NCBI GenBank assembly: GCA_041485425.1
Contig: JBGPJK010000001.1
Location: 1-46,262 of the forward strand
Direction of reading: 5' to 3'
DNA from: Terriglobia bacterium
Lineage (GTDB): Bacteria > Acidobacteriota > Terriglobia > Terriglobales > Acidobacteriaceae
DNA length: 46,262 nucleotides
Positions 1 to 7,809 of the stretch are shown in pieces. The translations under genes were made by a program, and so were the position numbers. Under the pieces are notes generated by a model. That model was not told where the DNA came from. It saw nothing but the letters and a program-made list of their open reading frames with translations, and did no database searches. The first letter of the stretch is position 1; every line of letters begins with the position of its first letter.

Positions 1-1
1 A

Positions 2-436
2 TCTGCGTCTTCGAGGAGCCAACTTGAGATTGCGCGACAGTCGTTGGACGCTGCGCTCCGCCTGAATTCGGAAGAGACCGGAACACTTGTTCTGCTGGGT
101 CAGGTGGCACTAGCACAGGCAGACCTCGCGACCGCGGAACAGCACTTTGCGCATGCCTGCCAGGCGAATCCGCGTGCAACGAATGTATGGTTTCTGCGCG
201 GCTACATCGCCTGGAAGCAACGGGACTTCCGGCAAGCGTCGGCAATGCTAGCCACCGCACGCAACGCCCGAGGCCGCGACTGGAAGCCGGCCGGATCGGC
301 CCTCGAAGGCGATGTGCAGCGTCGCATGTACAGCGAATCCGGCTTCCTGAACGTGTTCGAACAGCAATGGGATGGTTCCCCGGACCTTACCCGCTCCTAT
401 GCTCAACTGGACGCCTACCTTCGCCGCTTCCGGTGA
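2..436 (+). CDS. TPR-like repeat protein, C-terminal fragment (gene continues left of the window)
   Basis: The reading frame is open from the window edge (no stop in frame from nt 2) to TGA at 434-436. The translation ...GTLVLLGQVALAQADLATAEQHFAHACQANPRATNVWFLRGYIAWKQRDFRQA... has a TPR-like helical repeat pattern. Confidence 0.5.
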   Translation, partial: SASSRSQLEIARQSLDAALRLNSEETGTLVLLGQVALAQADLATAEQHFAHACQANPRATNVWFLRGYIAWKQRDFRQASAMLATARNARGRDWKPAGSALEGDVQRRMYSESGFLNVFEQQWDGSPDLTRSYAQLDAYLRRFR

Positions 437-615
437 TGGGCGCCATTATAGTCGCAAGGAGGAGTGTGGTTCACACGGACGTGCAGCGGGCAAGCCGGGT
501 GCTTCATGCGGGCCGCGATCAGGTGCTCCCGGATTGCCGGTTTAGCGTTCATGCGTGGAAATTCCTCCGGGGCCTGTGACATCTCATCAGTCACCACATC
601 ACCGTAGATGTTCAT
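415..615 (-). CDS. hypothetical small protein (66 aa) downstream of the SagB-type gene
   Basis: ATG start with GC3-rich, coding-like codon usage. There is no Shine-Dalgarno sequence. The 3' end overlaps the convergent TPR gene by 22 nt. I recognise no motif. Confidence 0.2.
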   Translation of the reverse strand: MNIYGDVVTDEMSQAPEEFPRMNAKPAIREHLIAARMKHPACPLHVRVNHTPPCDYNGAHHRKRRR

Positions 616-702
616 GGTGGTGCGGATGTCCGGAAAAAAGGAGGCTTTGGATCTGATCGCGACGAGATGTGTTGCGGTTGGCTTGAGGCAAGCTGGCTTC
701 CG

Positions 703-2259
703 CTATGCCTGCCAGGGCTTCTGTTTGGCGCTGTTGCCCAGGGCCACCAGAAAAATGGCGCTCCTGCCTTCGGCGTGTGGGGAGAAGAAGCGGGTCACTT
801 CGTCGTCGTAAAAAGTGAGGCCGGTGGCGCCCAGTCGCTGGGCGTAGGCCGCAAGATACAGCTTGCCGCCGAGGATGCCGGCTTCCAGCTGCACGGCGCG
901 ATACCCGCGGTTGCCAAAGCGCTGGAAAATCGGCTGCAAGTCCGCCAGGAAAAAGATATCCACGGCGGCGTCGGCAGGCAACTGTTGCTCCAATCCTAGA
1001 TAACCCGCCTGGTCGCGGAAATTTCCCTGCTTCAAACACTCGAGCATTCCACGGTCGCGGTGGAAAACGTAAGCTCCGGATTCGAGCCCTTCCACGGCAT
1101 GGACAATCAGGTATAGCTGGTTGAACTGAGATCCCATCGGATCGAGGAAGTCAGCTGGCACTCCGCGGGTAGTTCGGTCCAGCATGGTGGAGAGCTGCGC
1201 CAGGCTGATCGGCGTCTGGGCAAACTTGCGGCTGGAACCACGCCGCAGAATGACCTGCTCGATCGGGTCGCGAGGCATTTCTGCATCAGATAAAGGCTGG
1301 AGCTGGACGAGTGGTCCGGCAGGTGGCAGAAGGTTGGTCAGCGGGCTACGACCATGCCACAGCGCAACCTCCTCGGCCGAACACAGCGAAGATGCAGCGT
1401 GCATTTCGCGCATGAGCGGATAGTCAACCTCATGCCGGGAGAGCGGAACGGTTTCGAGGCCGAGAGGGGAGACTTCTGCTGGGGATTGCGGTGGGAAAGC
1501 GGAGACGTGGCCGAGGGCCACCAGCGAGAAGGCCACCTCGCGCTGGGAATCGACATCCAGCAATCCGTTCACCGTCGCGTCCACAAAGCCGCACACTACC
1601 TTGGCGGGCAGCCCCAGGGCGGTGGCGACGGCCAGCAGGTTGGCGAGCAGCGTGCCGTTGTCCCAGCCGAAGTGGCGGTAGGTGCGGGCCTGATACTTCC
1701 AGGCATTGCGCCAGTAAGTACAGGTGCAGACGATGATCAGCGGCGCGTGAGCGATGGCAGGTTCACCGCCGGTGGCCTCGAGCAGGACGCTGCGATAGTC
1801 TCCGGCGCGCAGCCTGCGCAGCCCGAACTCGGCAGGGGCGAAGTGATAGACGCCGGCCTGCAGGTCGGCGAGGTCGCCGCAAACCAGATACAGCTCGACC
1901 TCGTAGAGCGCTCCGGTGCAGGCCGCTGCGCGAAAATAGATTTCGCCGCCGGGATACTTCCTGTGCCGGGTAATACCGGCGGAAAGGTATAGGAGTTGGG
2001 CCACCGCCTCCAAGTCCGGCGCCGCGTCGGTCTGGGCGGGGACGCTCTCGGCGATGGCAGAAAGGGCGGCTATCCCGGTTTGGCGCACCTCGCTGGGCAA
2101 GCGCGACGGCTCCAGCGCGGGGTAGATCTTGAACGGCACGGGCTGGTTGGCAAAGTCTAAGAAATGTGGGTTGGCCCGGATGCTGGCGTAGGAATGCTTG
2201 GTAGCGTTGTGATAACTCCAAGCGGCCTGAGTATTGCGGTTGTCGGGCATAACGGCCAT
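703..2259 (-). CDS. SagB/ThcOx-type dehydrogenase (double nitroreductase-fold protein)
   Basis: 518 aa. The N-terminal WSYHNATKHS motif is typical of SagB-type proteins. The second half has LRRGSSRKF, a nitroreductase-like FMN-binding motif. The size fits two nitroreductase folds. ATG start, TAG stop. Confidence 0.75.
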   Translation of the reverse strand: MAVMPDNRNTQAAWSYHNATKHSYASIRANPHFLDFANQPVPFKIYPALEPSRLPSEVRQTGIAALSAIAESVPAQTDAAPDLEAVAQLLYLSAGITRHRKYPGGEIYFRAAACTGALYEVELYLVCGDLADLQAGVYHFAPAEFGLRRLRAGDYRSVLLEATGGEPAIAHAPLIIVCTCTYWRNAWKYQARTYRHFGWDNGTLLANLLAVATALGLPAKVVCGFVDATVNGLLDVDSQREVAFSLVALGHVSAFPPQSPAEVSPLGLETVPLSRHEVDYPLMREMHAASSLCSAEEVALWHGRSPLTNLLPPAGPLVQLQPLSDAEMPRDPIEQVILRRGSSRKFAQTPISLAQLSTMLDRTTRGVPADFLDPMGSQFNQLYLIVHAVEGLESGAYVFHRDRGMLECLKQGNFRDQAGYLGLEQQLPADAAVDIFFLADLQPIFQRFGNRGYRAVQLEAGILGGKLYLAAYAQRLGATGLTFYDDEVTRFFSPHAEGRSAIFLVALGNSAKQKPWQA

Positions 2260-2602
2260 GTGTAAGTGGTCATCGGCATATTAACCCGTGGCGAACCTCA
2301 GGTCCGGGCGAATCACCCCCGCACCCTAGCTAAATCCCGCCGATATGAGGAACACATTGCGAACGGCGAGGCGCCAGAGCGCGTGAGGAATGGAAAAACC
2401 TGGATCAATCGCTTCCGCCTTGCCGTACTCCTCAAGCGCTTGCGGTCAAAGGAGGAGCCGCAAGGCGCTGGGATAGTGTCCGAGTAGCCGGTTCCCGGCG
2501 GAAGCTGCCGCCCGGGTTTCGCAGACGGCGCTGGTTTCGCAGCCTGGTAGATCCCACCAGGGCGCACTTCACCCCTGGCCATGCCGTGCACTAGCTGTTT
2601 TC

Positions 2603-2632
2603 TGCACGTCGCAAGATTCCCCATCGTATAAT
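2603..2632 (+). promoter_or_regulatory. candidate sigma-70 promoter for the cyclase operon (perfect -10 TATAAT)
   Basis: TATAAT at 2627-2632, 43 nt upstream of the TTG start at 2675. The -35 is weak (TGCACG at 2603-2608, 18-nt spacer). Confidence 0.3.
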
Positions 2633-2674
2633 GACGCGCCATTCCCCCGGGCAACTGCTCCTAGGGAGACGCCT

Positions 2675-4600
2675 TTGTCGGCTTGGAAGCGAGTGTGGAT
2701 CAGTTTGCTGCTGGCGGCCGTTGTCTGCCTGATCGGGGCCGGCGCCCAACAGTCGGCTGTCTTCAGTGACCTGGAGTACTGGGCCTACGATTTCCTGGTC
2801 AACCACAGCGGGTATTCCTCGCCGCCCGACAATATCGTGGTCGTCGATTTCGACGACGCCACCTTTGCCAGCATTAACCGGTATCCCATTCCGCGTGGCA
2901 CCATCGCGCAAGTGATCCGCAGCATCTCGGCCGGGAACCCGCGGGTCATCGGGATGGATATTTTTCTTTCCGAGGAACGCACGCCCAAAGAAGACCAGCA
3001 AATGCGTGACGCGCTGACCAGCGCGGGAAATGTGGTGGTAGCCAGCCAACTGGCCGGCGGCGGTTTGCCCGCCGCCATGCCGCTTCCGTATTTCTGCGAA
3101 CCGCCCGCCCCCGGTTCCGATCCCGGGTACTGCCAGGAGGGCGCGCCGGGAGCGCTGGGCCATGCGTTCGTCAACATGCCGGTGGACAGCGACGGCTTCA
3201 TCCGACGCATGAGCCTGCTTGCCGACGGGGGCCACCCTGCCATTTCCTTTCCACTGTTCTTGGCCCAGCAGTACACCGGGGAGGCGCTGCAGCCCGCGGA
3301 TCACTGGGCGGCGCGTTTCTTGGGCAGGCGCATTCCTTACGCGGAACCGGAGCTTCACACCGTACTCATCGGCGACTGGAGTCTTACCCCGGCGCGAAGC
3401 ATCTCCGCGCTCGCGGTTCTCAACGGACAAGTGGACGTCGCCAGGGAATTCCGGGACAAGCTGGTGCTGGTCGGGCAGGGAAGCGATGCCGCCCACGATC
3501 GCCACTTTACCCCGGTGTTTCGTCCGCGGCGCGCGGGGAATTGGCGGGCGCGCCTCTCCGGCACTGAGATTCACGCCGCAGCCGTCGAGACGCTTCTGCG
3601 CGGGAACCCCGTCTCGGTCGTTTCATCGCGTGCGCTTTGGGCCTTCAACTTCGTGTTCGCGATGTTGCTTGTCTGGCTGCTCCTGCGCTTGCCCCTGCGC
3701 TATGGGGTGCTGGCAGTGCTGGTCGGCATGGCTGGAGCATACGGGCTGGCGCAGGCGCTCTTCACCGGGTGGCATTGGTGGATGCAGTTTGTTACCACCG
3801 AATTTGCGGCAGCGTTGGCGCTGCCGGCGAGTACAACCTACCAGTTCGTGCAGGAACGGTTTCTCCGTTCGGAAATTACCGCCGAGCGCGAACAGATCAT
3901 GGGGCTGTTCTCCCGCTATGTTTCGCCGGAGGTGGCGCGGCAGATCTGGGAGCGGCGCGCGGAAGTCGTGATGGCCGGCGAGGAACGGGTGGCCACGGTG
4001 CTGTTTTCCGACATTCGCAGCTTTACGGCCATGACCGCCGGCAAGCCATCCCCAGTTGTCCTGGCCTGGCTGAACGAATACCTCACGGCGATGGACGAAG
4101 TTATTACCGAGCAGGGTGGGTTCCTGAACAAATTCATTGGCGACGGCCTGATGGTGCTGTTCGGCGTGCCGCTGAGCGAAGGCACCGAAGCGGACGCCTG
4201 CCGCGCGCTGCGAACCGCCGTGCGCATGCTCGAACGAGTGGACGAACTCAATCGCCTGCACAGCAGCGATGGCGAGAAGCCGCCGCTGCGCATCGGCGTC
4301 GGCATTCACACCGGCCTGCTCACCTGCGGCAACGTGGGTTCGCCGCAGCGGCTGGAATACTCCGCTATCGGAGAGACGGTAAACCTGGCCTCGCGCTTGG
4401 AGAGCCTTACCAAAGACTTCCATACCGAGATCGTCATGAGCAGTGCGACCGCCGAGGCCGTCGGGAAACAGTTCGCAAATCTTCGCGACCTGGGAGACGC
4501 GCCCGTGCGCGGTTTCGAGGAGAAAATTCGGTTGTACACTATTGAGCGGGCACGGTCCACGTCTAGTAAGTCATCCGCTTCAGCGTTGGGGGAAGTTTGA
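2675..4600 (+). CDS. CHASE2 sensor domain-containing adenylate/guanylate cyclase (class III)
   Basis: 641 aa. TTG start preceded by GGGAG (2664-2668). The N-terminal signal/TM is followed by a CHASE2-like region (VVVDFDDATF...IPRGTIAQVI...VIGMDIF). TM helices follow, then a class III cyclase core (ATVLFSDIRSFTAMT, FIGDGLMVLFGVP, GIHTGLLTCGNVGS, YSAIGETVNLASRLE). Confidence 0.9.
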   Translation: MSAWKRVWISLLLAAVVCLIGAGAQQSAVFSDLEYWAYDFLVNHSGYSSPPDNIVVVDFDDATFASINRYPIPRGTIAQVIRSISAGNPRVIGMDIFLSEERTPKEDQQMRDALTSAGNVVVASQLAGGGLPAAMPLPYFCEPPAPGSDPGYCQEGAPGALGHAFVNMPVDSDGFIRRMSLLADGGHPAISFPLFLAQQYTGEALQPADHWAARFLGRRIPYAEPELHTVLIGDWSLTPARSISALAVLNGQVDVAREFRDKLVLVGQGSDAAHDRHFTPVFRPRRAGNWRARLSGTEIHAAAVETLLRGNPVSVVSSRALWAFNFVFAMLLVWLLLRLPLRYGVLAVLVGMAGAYGLAQALFTGWHWWMQFVTTEFAAALALPASTTYQFVQERFLRSEITAEREQIMGLFSRYVSPEVARQIWERRAEVVMAGEERVATVLFSDIRSFTAMTAGKPSPVVLAWLNEYLTAMDEVITEQGGFLNKFIGDGLMVLFGVPLSEGTEADACRALRTAVRMLERVDELNRLHSSDGEKPPLRIGVGIHTGLLTCGNVGSPQRLEYSAIGETVNLASRLESLTKDFHTEIVMSSATAEAVGKQFANLRDLGDAPVRGFEEKIRLYTIERARSTSSKSSASALGEV

Positions 4601-5388
4601 TGAAATCCTTGTTGGCCGTTTTCTTTGCAGCTCTCATCTGGCTGCCGTTGCAACAGACAACCCAATCGCCCGCCAGTCCACCGCAGGCAACACAAACACA
4701 ACCGCAGACACAGCCACAAACGGCTCCGAAGCAAAGCAGCCCGGCGGCCAAGCCTCCAATGAAGCATGTGCACGTGCACCTGGAGGGTTTTGAACTCGAC
4801 AAGAAGTCCGCTGACCAGAGCGGCAACACGCAAACCGGCGGCGCCACTCGCGGCGCGGGGCCGACGGTCTTCCTGTCCGCACCCCATCTTGCCAAGCTCT
4901 ACACCCTGACTCCGACCTTCTACTGGACAAGCGGCGTCAAAACAAAAGCGTTTTTCTTTCGCCTGTTCGACGCCGACGGCGACGTCGGGTACGAAGCCCA
5001 CATCCCCGGCTTCAGTCTGCAATATCCGGCTAGCGCCCCCGCACTGGAGCCCGGCAAAACCTATATCTGGACCGTCCAGGCAGGACTCGGCTTGCTGGGT
5101 GGCGGGAGTATACCGGTGCAGTTCGTCGTACTGAGCCAGGCGGAACGCGCAGAGCTGGAGAAGGAATTAGCGGGTGCGGATGCGATGAAGCGCGCGGCCA
5201 TCTTTACCGACCGGCGCCTGTGGTACGACGCGATCGGAGCCTACACCGAACTGATCGCCCAGCACCCGGACATGCCGGGCCTCTACGAAAAGCGTGGGGA
5301 CATCTATGACCAGATCGCGGCGACACAGGCGCTGGCGCAAGCGGATTTTGAAAAAGCGGAGGAATTGCGGGGTGCCGGACAGCACTGA
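4600..5388 (+). CDS. secreted DUF928-like protein
   Basis: The ATG at 4600 overlaps the cyclase TGA by 1 nt (tTGATGa). An in-frame TTG at 4597 is an alternative start, and GGGGGAAG lies upstream. The protein has a signal peptide (MKSLLAVFFAALIWLP) and a PQ/TQ low-complexity linker. PTFYWTS...FFFRLFDADGD...LEPGKTYIWTV...RRLWYDAIGAY matches my memory of the DUF928 signature. Confidence 0.7.
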   Translation: MKSLLAVFFAALIWLPLQQTTQSPASPPQATQTQPQTQPQTAPKQSSPAAKPPMKHVHVHLEGFELDKKSADQSGNTQTGGATRGAGPTVFLSAPHLAKLYTLTPTFYWTSGVKTKAFFFRLFDADGDVGYEAHIPGFSLQYPASAPALEPGKTYIWTVQAGLGLLGGGSIPVQFVVLSQAERAELEKELAGADAMKRAAIFTDRRLWYDAIGAYTELIAQHPDMPGLYEKRGDIYDQIAATQALAQADFEKAEELRGAGQH

Positions 5389-5494
5389 CCGACGCGGGCT
5401 CGGGGACGTTGCTGGCCGCTTATCGCCTGTGGTATACCTGTCGCCACACCTGATCAGCAGCCGAGATGTTCAGCTCCCGAGGAGAATTGTCATC

Positions 5495-5737
5495 ATGGAT
5501 TTGGTTCATCGCAAGCAGCAACAGAAAGACACTCGAACCGGCCGCGACTGTCGTTTTTGTCACCAACTCGATCCCGAGTTCGGCAGCCGCACGCCGATGG
5601 ATCGCTGGGTGGTCTCAGAATTGGACGACACCGCGTCGGCGCACCTTAGCGAAGATGGCTACGTGAAGCACCGCATGCTGGAGATGGCGATGCGTTTCGG
5701 GGCCCGGATAGCACCGCTGAAATCCGGAGCCGCTTAG
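5495..5737 (+). CDS. hypothetical protein (80 aa)
   Basis: ATG preceded by GGAGAA at 5481-5486. Codon usage is plausible. I recognise no motif (MDLVHRKQQQKDTRTGRDCRFCHQLDPEF...). Confidence 0.3.
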   Translation: MDLVHRKQQQKDTRTGRDCRFCHQLDPEFGSRTPMDRWVVSELDDTASAHLSEDGYVKHRMLEMAMRFGARIAPLKSGAA

Positions 5738-5836
5738 CGGCAAGAATTACCCTGCTGCCGAAGATAGCCCGTTCTGCCCCGCTGTAACTCATTGACACAC
5801 CACCACAAACGTGGACAACCCTGATCTCCGGCAGAG

Positions 5837-5854
5837 CAACTAAATATTTAGTTG
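5837..5854. promoter_or_regulatory. perfect 18-bp palindrome CAACTAAATATTTAGTTG, candidate BlaI-family operator
   Basis: I checked it as a perfect reverse-complement palindrome. It overlaps the putative -35 of the repressor gene. The same 7-bp arms recur at 7764-7781. Confidence 0.6.
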
Positions 5855-5879
5855 ACGTTTCCGTTTTGCTGCGTCTAAT
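5852..5879 (+). promoter_or_regulatory. candidate sigma-70 promoter of the blaI-like/M56 operon
   Basis: -35 TTGACG (5852-5857), 16-nt spacer, -10 TCTAAT (5874-5879). The predicted transcription start at about 5886-5888 would exclude the ATG at 5882. Confidence 0.4.
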
Positions 5880-5917
5880 AAATGAGGACAGTCAGATCCC
5901 AGCGGGAGGATGGCCGT

Positions 5918-6295
5918 TTGCCGCGCAAGCAATCCGAGACCCTGACCGAAGCTGAGCTACGGCTCATGAACGTGCTGTGGCAGAAGAGGTCCGCCACCGT
6001 TCATGAGGTGATGCAAGCTCTCCCCGAGAAGCCACCGCTCGCCTACAACTCCGTCCTGACCACCATTCGTATCCTGGAAAAGAAGGGATATGTGAAGCAC
6101 GTGAAAGACGGGCGTGCCCACGTCTATATACCGAAGGTGGATCGCACGGACGCGACGCGCTTCGAAATCCGGCACCTGGTGAGCCGCTTTTTCAAGAATT
6201 CCCATGAGCTGCTGGTATTGAACATTCTGGAAGACCAGAACATCGATGCGGAAGAGTTAAATCGCTTGCGCAAGCTGGTGGAAGGGAGCAAGTGA
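5918..6295 (+). CDS. BlaI/MecI/CopY-family transcriptional repressor
   Basis: The winged-helix N-terminus is LTEAELRLMNVLWQKRSATVHEVMQAL...YNSVLTTIRILEKKGYV. I prefer the TTG start at 5918 because GGGAGGA (5904-5910) sits 7 nt upstream, giving a typical ~125 aa protein. The longer ORF from the ATG at 5882 has no SD and lies at or upstream of the predicted transcription start. Confidence 0.85.
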   Translation: MPRKQSETLTEAELRLMNVLWQKRSATVHEVMQALPEKPPLAYNSVLTTIRILEKKGYVKHVKDGRAHVYIPKVDRTDATRFEIRHLVSRFFKNSHELLVLNILEDQNIDAEELNRLRKLVEGSK

Positions 6296-6302
6296 GCCCG
6301 AT

Positions 6303-7724
6303 ATGACGGCAGCGCTCGACCTGCACGCGATTGCACAGATCTCGGCCCAACGCATGGTGGACTGCCTGGTGGGGGGCGTGGGGCTCACGATTTTCGCCGG
6401 GCTATTGCTGCGAGTGGCTCGCCGGCAGAACTCGGGCACGCGATTTGCAGTTTGGTTTTCCGTGCTGGGAGGGATTGCCGTTCTGGCTGGGTTCGGCGGA
6501 GCGTGGGTGAGCGGCTGGGGCGCGGTCCCTTCAGCGGCGATGGCGGAGCGGCCGGCGATCACGGTGCCGAGTTCCTGGGCGCTGTACCTGTTCCTGGCAT
6601 GGGCTGGGGCTGCTGGGGTAGGTCTGGTGCGCGTCGGCGTGGGCCTCTGGCACTTGTACACTTTGCGCAAGACTTGCGTGGCGATTGATCCGGAACGTCT
6701 GGATCCGCTGTCGCGGGAAACCATCGTGCGGTTCCGGGGAGCAAGAGCAGTCACGATTTGCATTTCCGATCGGGTGCAGGCACCCACCGCGATTGGCTTC
6801 GTGAAACCTGCGGTCGTTCTCCCGGGCTGTCTGATGGAAGAGCTATCCACTGCGGAGTTGCAGCAGGTCCTGCTGCACGAACTGGCGCATTTGCGGCGCT
6901 GGGACGACTGGACCAACCTGTTGCAGAAGATCCTCAAGGCTCTGCTCTTCTTTCATCCCGCAGTGTGGTGGATTGAACAGAGGATTTCGCTGGAGCGGGA
7001 GATGGCGTGCGACGACGCCGTGCTGGCAGAAACCGCCAACCCGCGGGCCTACGCGCAATGCCTGCTATCTCTGGCGGAGAGGAGCTTTCTGAAGCGCAGC
7101 CTGGCACTGGCGCAAGCGGCGGTGAGCCGCATCCGGCAGACCTCGGTGCGAGTGGCGCAGATTCTGGACGTGAACCGCCCCAGCGCAACCCGCGTGTGGA
7201 AGCCAGCGGTGTCGCTGGTGGCGATGTTTTCCTGCGCGAGCCTGGTTTTTCTGGGGCGCGCGCCGAAACTGGTCGCATTCACGGATAACCCTGTTCCCAG
7301 GGTAGCTGCTTCGGCACTGTCAGCGTCTCCTGCTGCTCTGCCCGCTACCCCAGGTGCGCGCGTCGATGCGAAGCTTCAGCAGGTGGCGGCCAGCCACGTT
7401 CAGCGGCATTCCTTGCCCACCGCGCGGCCGCTGGTAGGGGAAGCGAAGTCCACGCCACCAGGTCTGAGGGCGAACCGGCCTGCGACATCCGCCATCGCGG
7501 CGAAGTTGACACCGGAGGCCAGCGCACCCAGTCCGTTCCTGGCCGAAGATTCCAGCGCCAGCGACAGTGTCGGGCCGGTCCCAGAAACGTTCCTGGTATT
7601 GGTGGAGAGTCGCAGCTCCGCCGCCACCGGCGCAACCGAGTGGCAGATCGCAGTGTGGCGGGTTACCGTGCTGCGCCAGACCAGCAACCCAGTCGCGAAA
7701 GGAATTTCCCGGAAATCAACTTAA
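6303..7724 (+). CDS. M56-family (BlaR1/MecR1-like) membrane metalloprotease signal transducer
   Basis: 473 aa. Several N-terminal TM helices, a zinc motif LLHELAHLRRWD (HExxH), then FFHPAVWW and EREMACDDAV, which are typical of peptidase M56. The C-terminal ~200 aa are Ala/Pro/Ser-rich with no recognisable penicillin-binding sensor. Confidence 0.85.
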   Translation: MTAALDLHAIAQISAQRMVDCLVGGVGLTIFAGLLLRVARRQNSGTRFAVWFSVLGGIAVLAGFGGAWVSGWGAVPSAAMAERPAITVPSSWALYLFLAWAGAAGVGLVRVGVGLWHLYTLRKTCVAIDPERLDPLSRETIVRFRGARAVTICISDRVQAPTAIGFVKPAVVLPGCLMEELSTAELQQVLLHELAHLRRWDDWTNLLQKILKALLFFHPAVWWIEQRISLEREMACDDAVLAETANPRAYAQCLLSLAERSFLKRSLALAQAAVSRIRQTSVRVAQILDVNRPSATRVWKPAVSLVAMFSCASLVFLGRAPKLVAFTDNPVPRVAASALSASPAALPATPGARVDAKLQQVAASHVQRHSLPTARPLVGEAKSTPPGLRANRPATSAIAAKLTPEASAPSPFLAEDSSASDSVGPVPETFLVLVESRSSAATGATEWQIAVWRVTVLRQTSNPVAKGISRKST

Positions 7725-7763
7725 GCCGTGGGCCAGCAGCCCCGGGTCGAATTATCGGGCAAT

Positions 7764-7781
7764 CAACTAAGGAATTAGTTG
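7764..7781. promoter_or_regulatory. second copy of the operator-like inverted repeat (CAACTAA-GGAA-TTAGTTG) upstream of htrA-like gene
   Basis: It has the same 7-bp arms and the same 4-nt spacer length as 5837-5854. It ends 28 nt before the protease ATG at 7810. Confidence 0.55.
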
Positions 7782-7809
7782 CAATACAAACTACAAGGAT
7801 GGTGACGAA

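Noticed and set aside
2435-2469. A strong hairpin, AGCGCTTGCGG - 12-nt loop (tcaaaggaggag) - CCGCAAGGCGCT, in the divergent region between the SagB-like and cyclase genes.
   Set aside because: No U-tract follows on either strand, and both flanking genes point away from it, so it is not a terminator. No start codon follows the SD-like loop. Its function is unknown and the evidence is too weak to call.
2591-3574. 327-aa and other minus-strand or alternate-frame ORFs over the CHASE2 cyclase. Similar ORFs occur at 9420-10556, 14566-15231, 16590-17102, 17056-17904, 25927-26751, 27757-28638, 33803-34855, 35548-36333, 37571-38967, 40504-41757 and 42550-43482.
   Set aside because: All overlap genes with clear family motifs on the other strand or in another frame. 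Their compositions are Arg/Pro/Gly-biased. None has a convincing start context.
5882-5917. The ATG at 5882 as the start of the BlaI-family repressor, as given in the ORF track.
   Set aside because: It has no SD. It lies at or upstream of the transcription start predicted from the TTGACG/TCTAAT promoter. The TTG at 5918 has a GGGAGGA SD at ideal spacing and gives a typical ~125-aa repressor. The longer form cannot be excluded without mapping.
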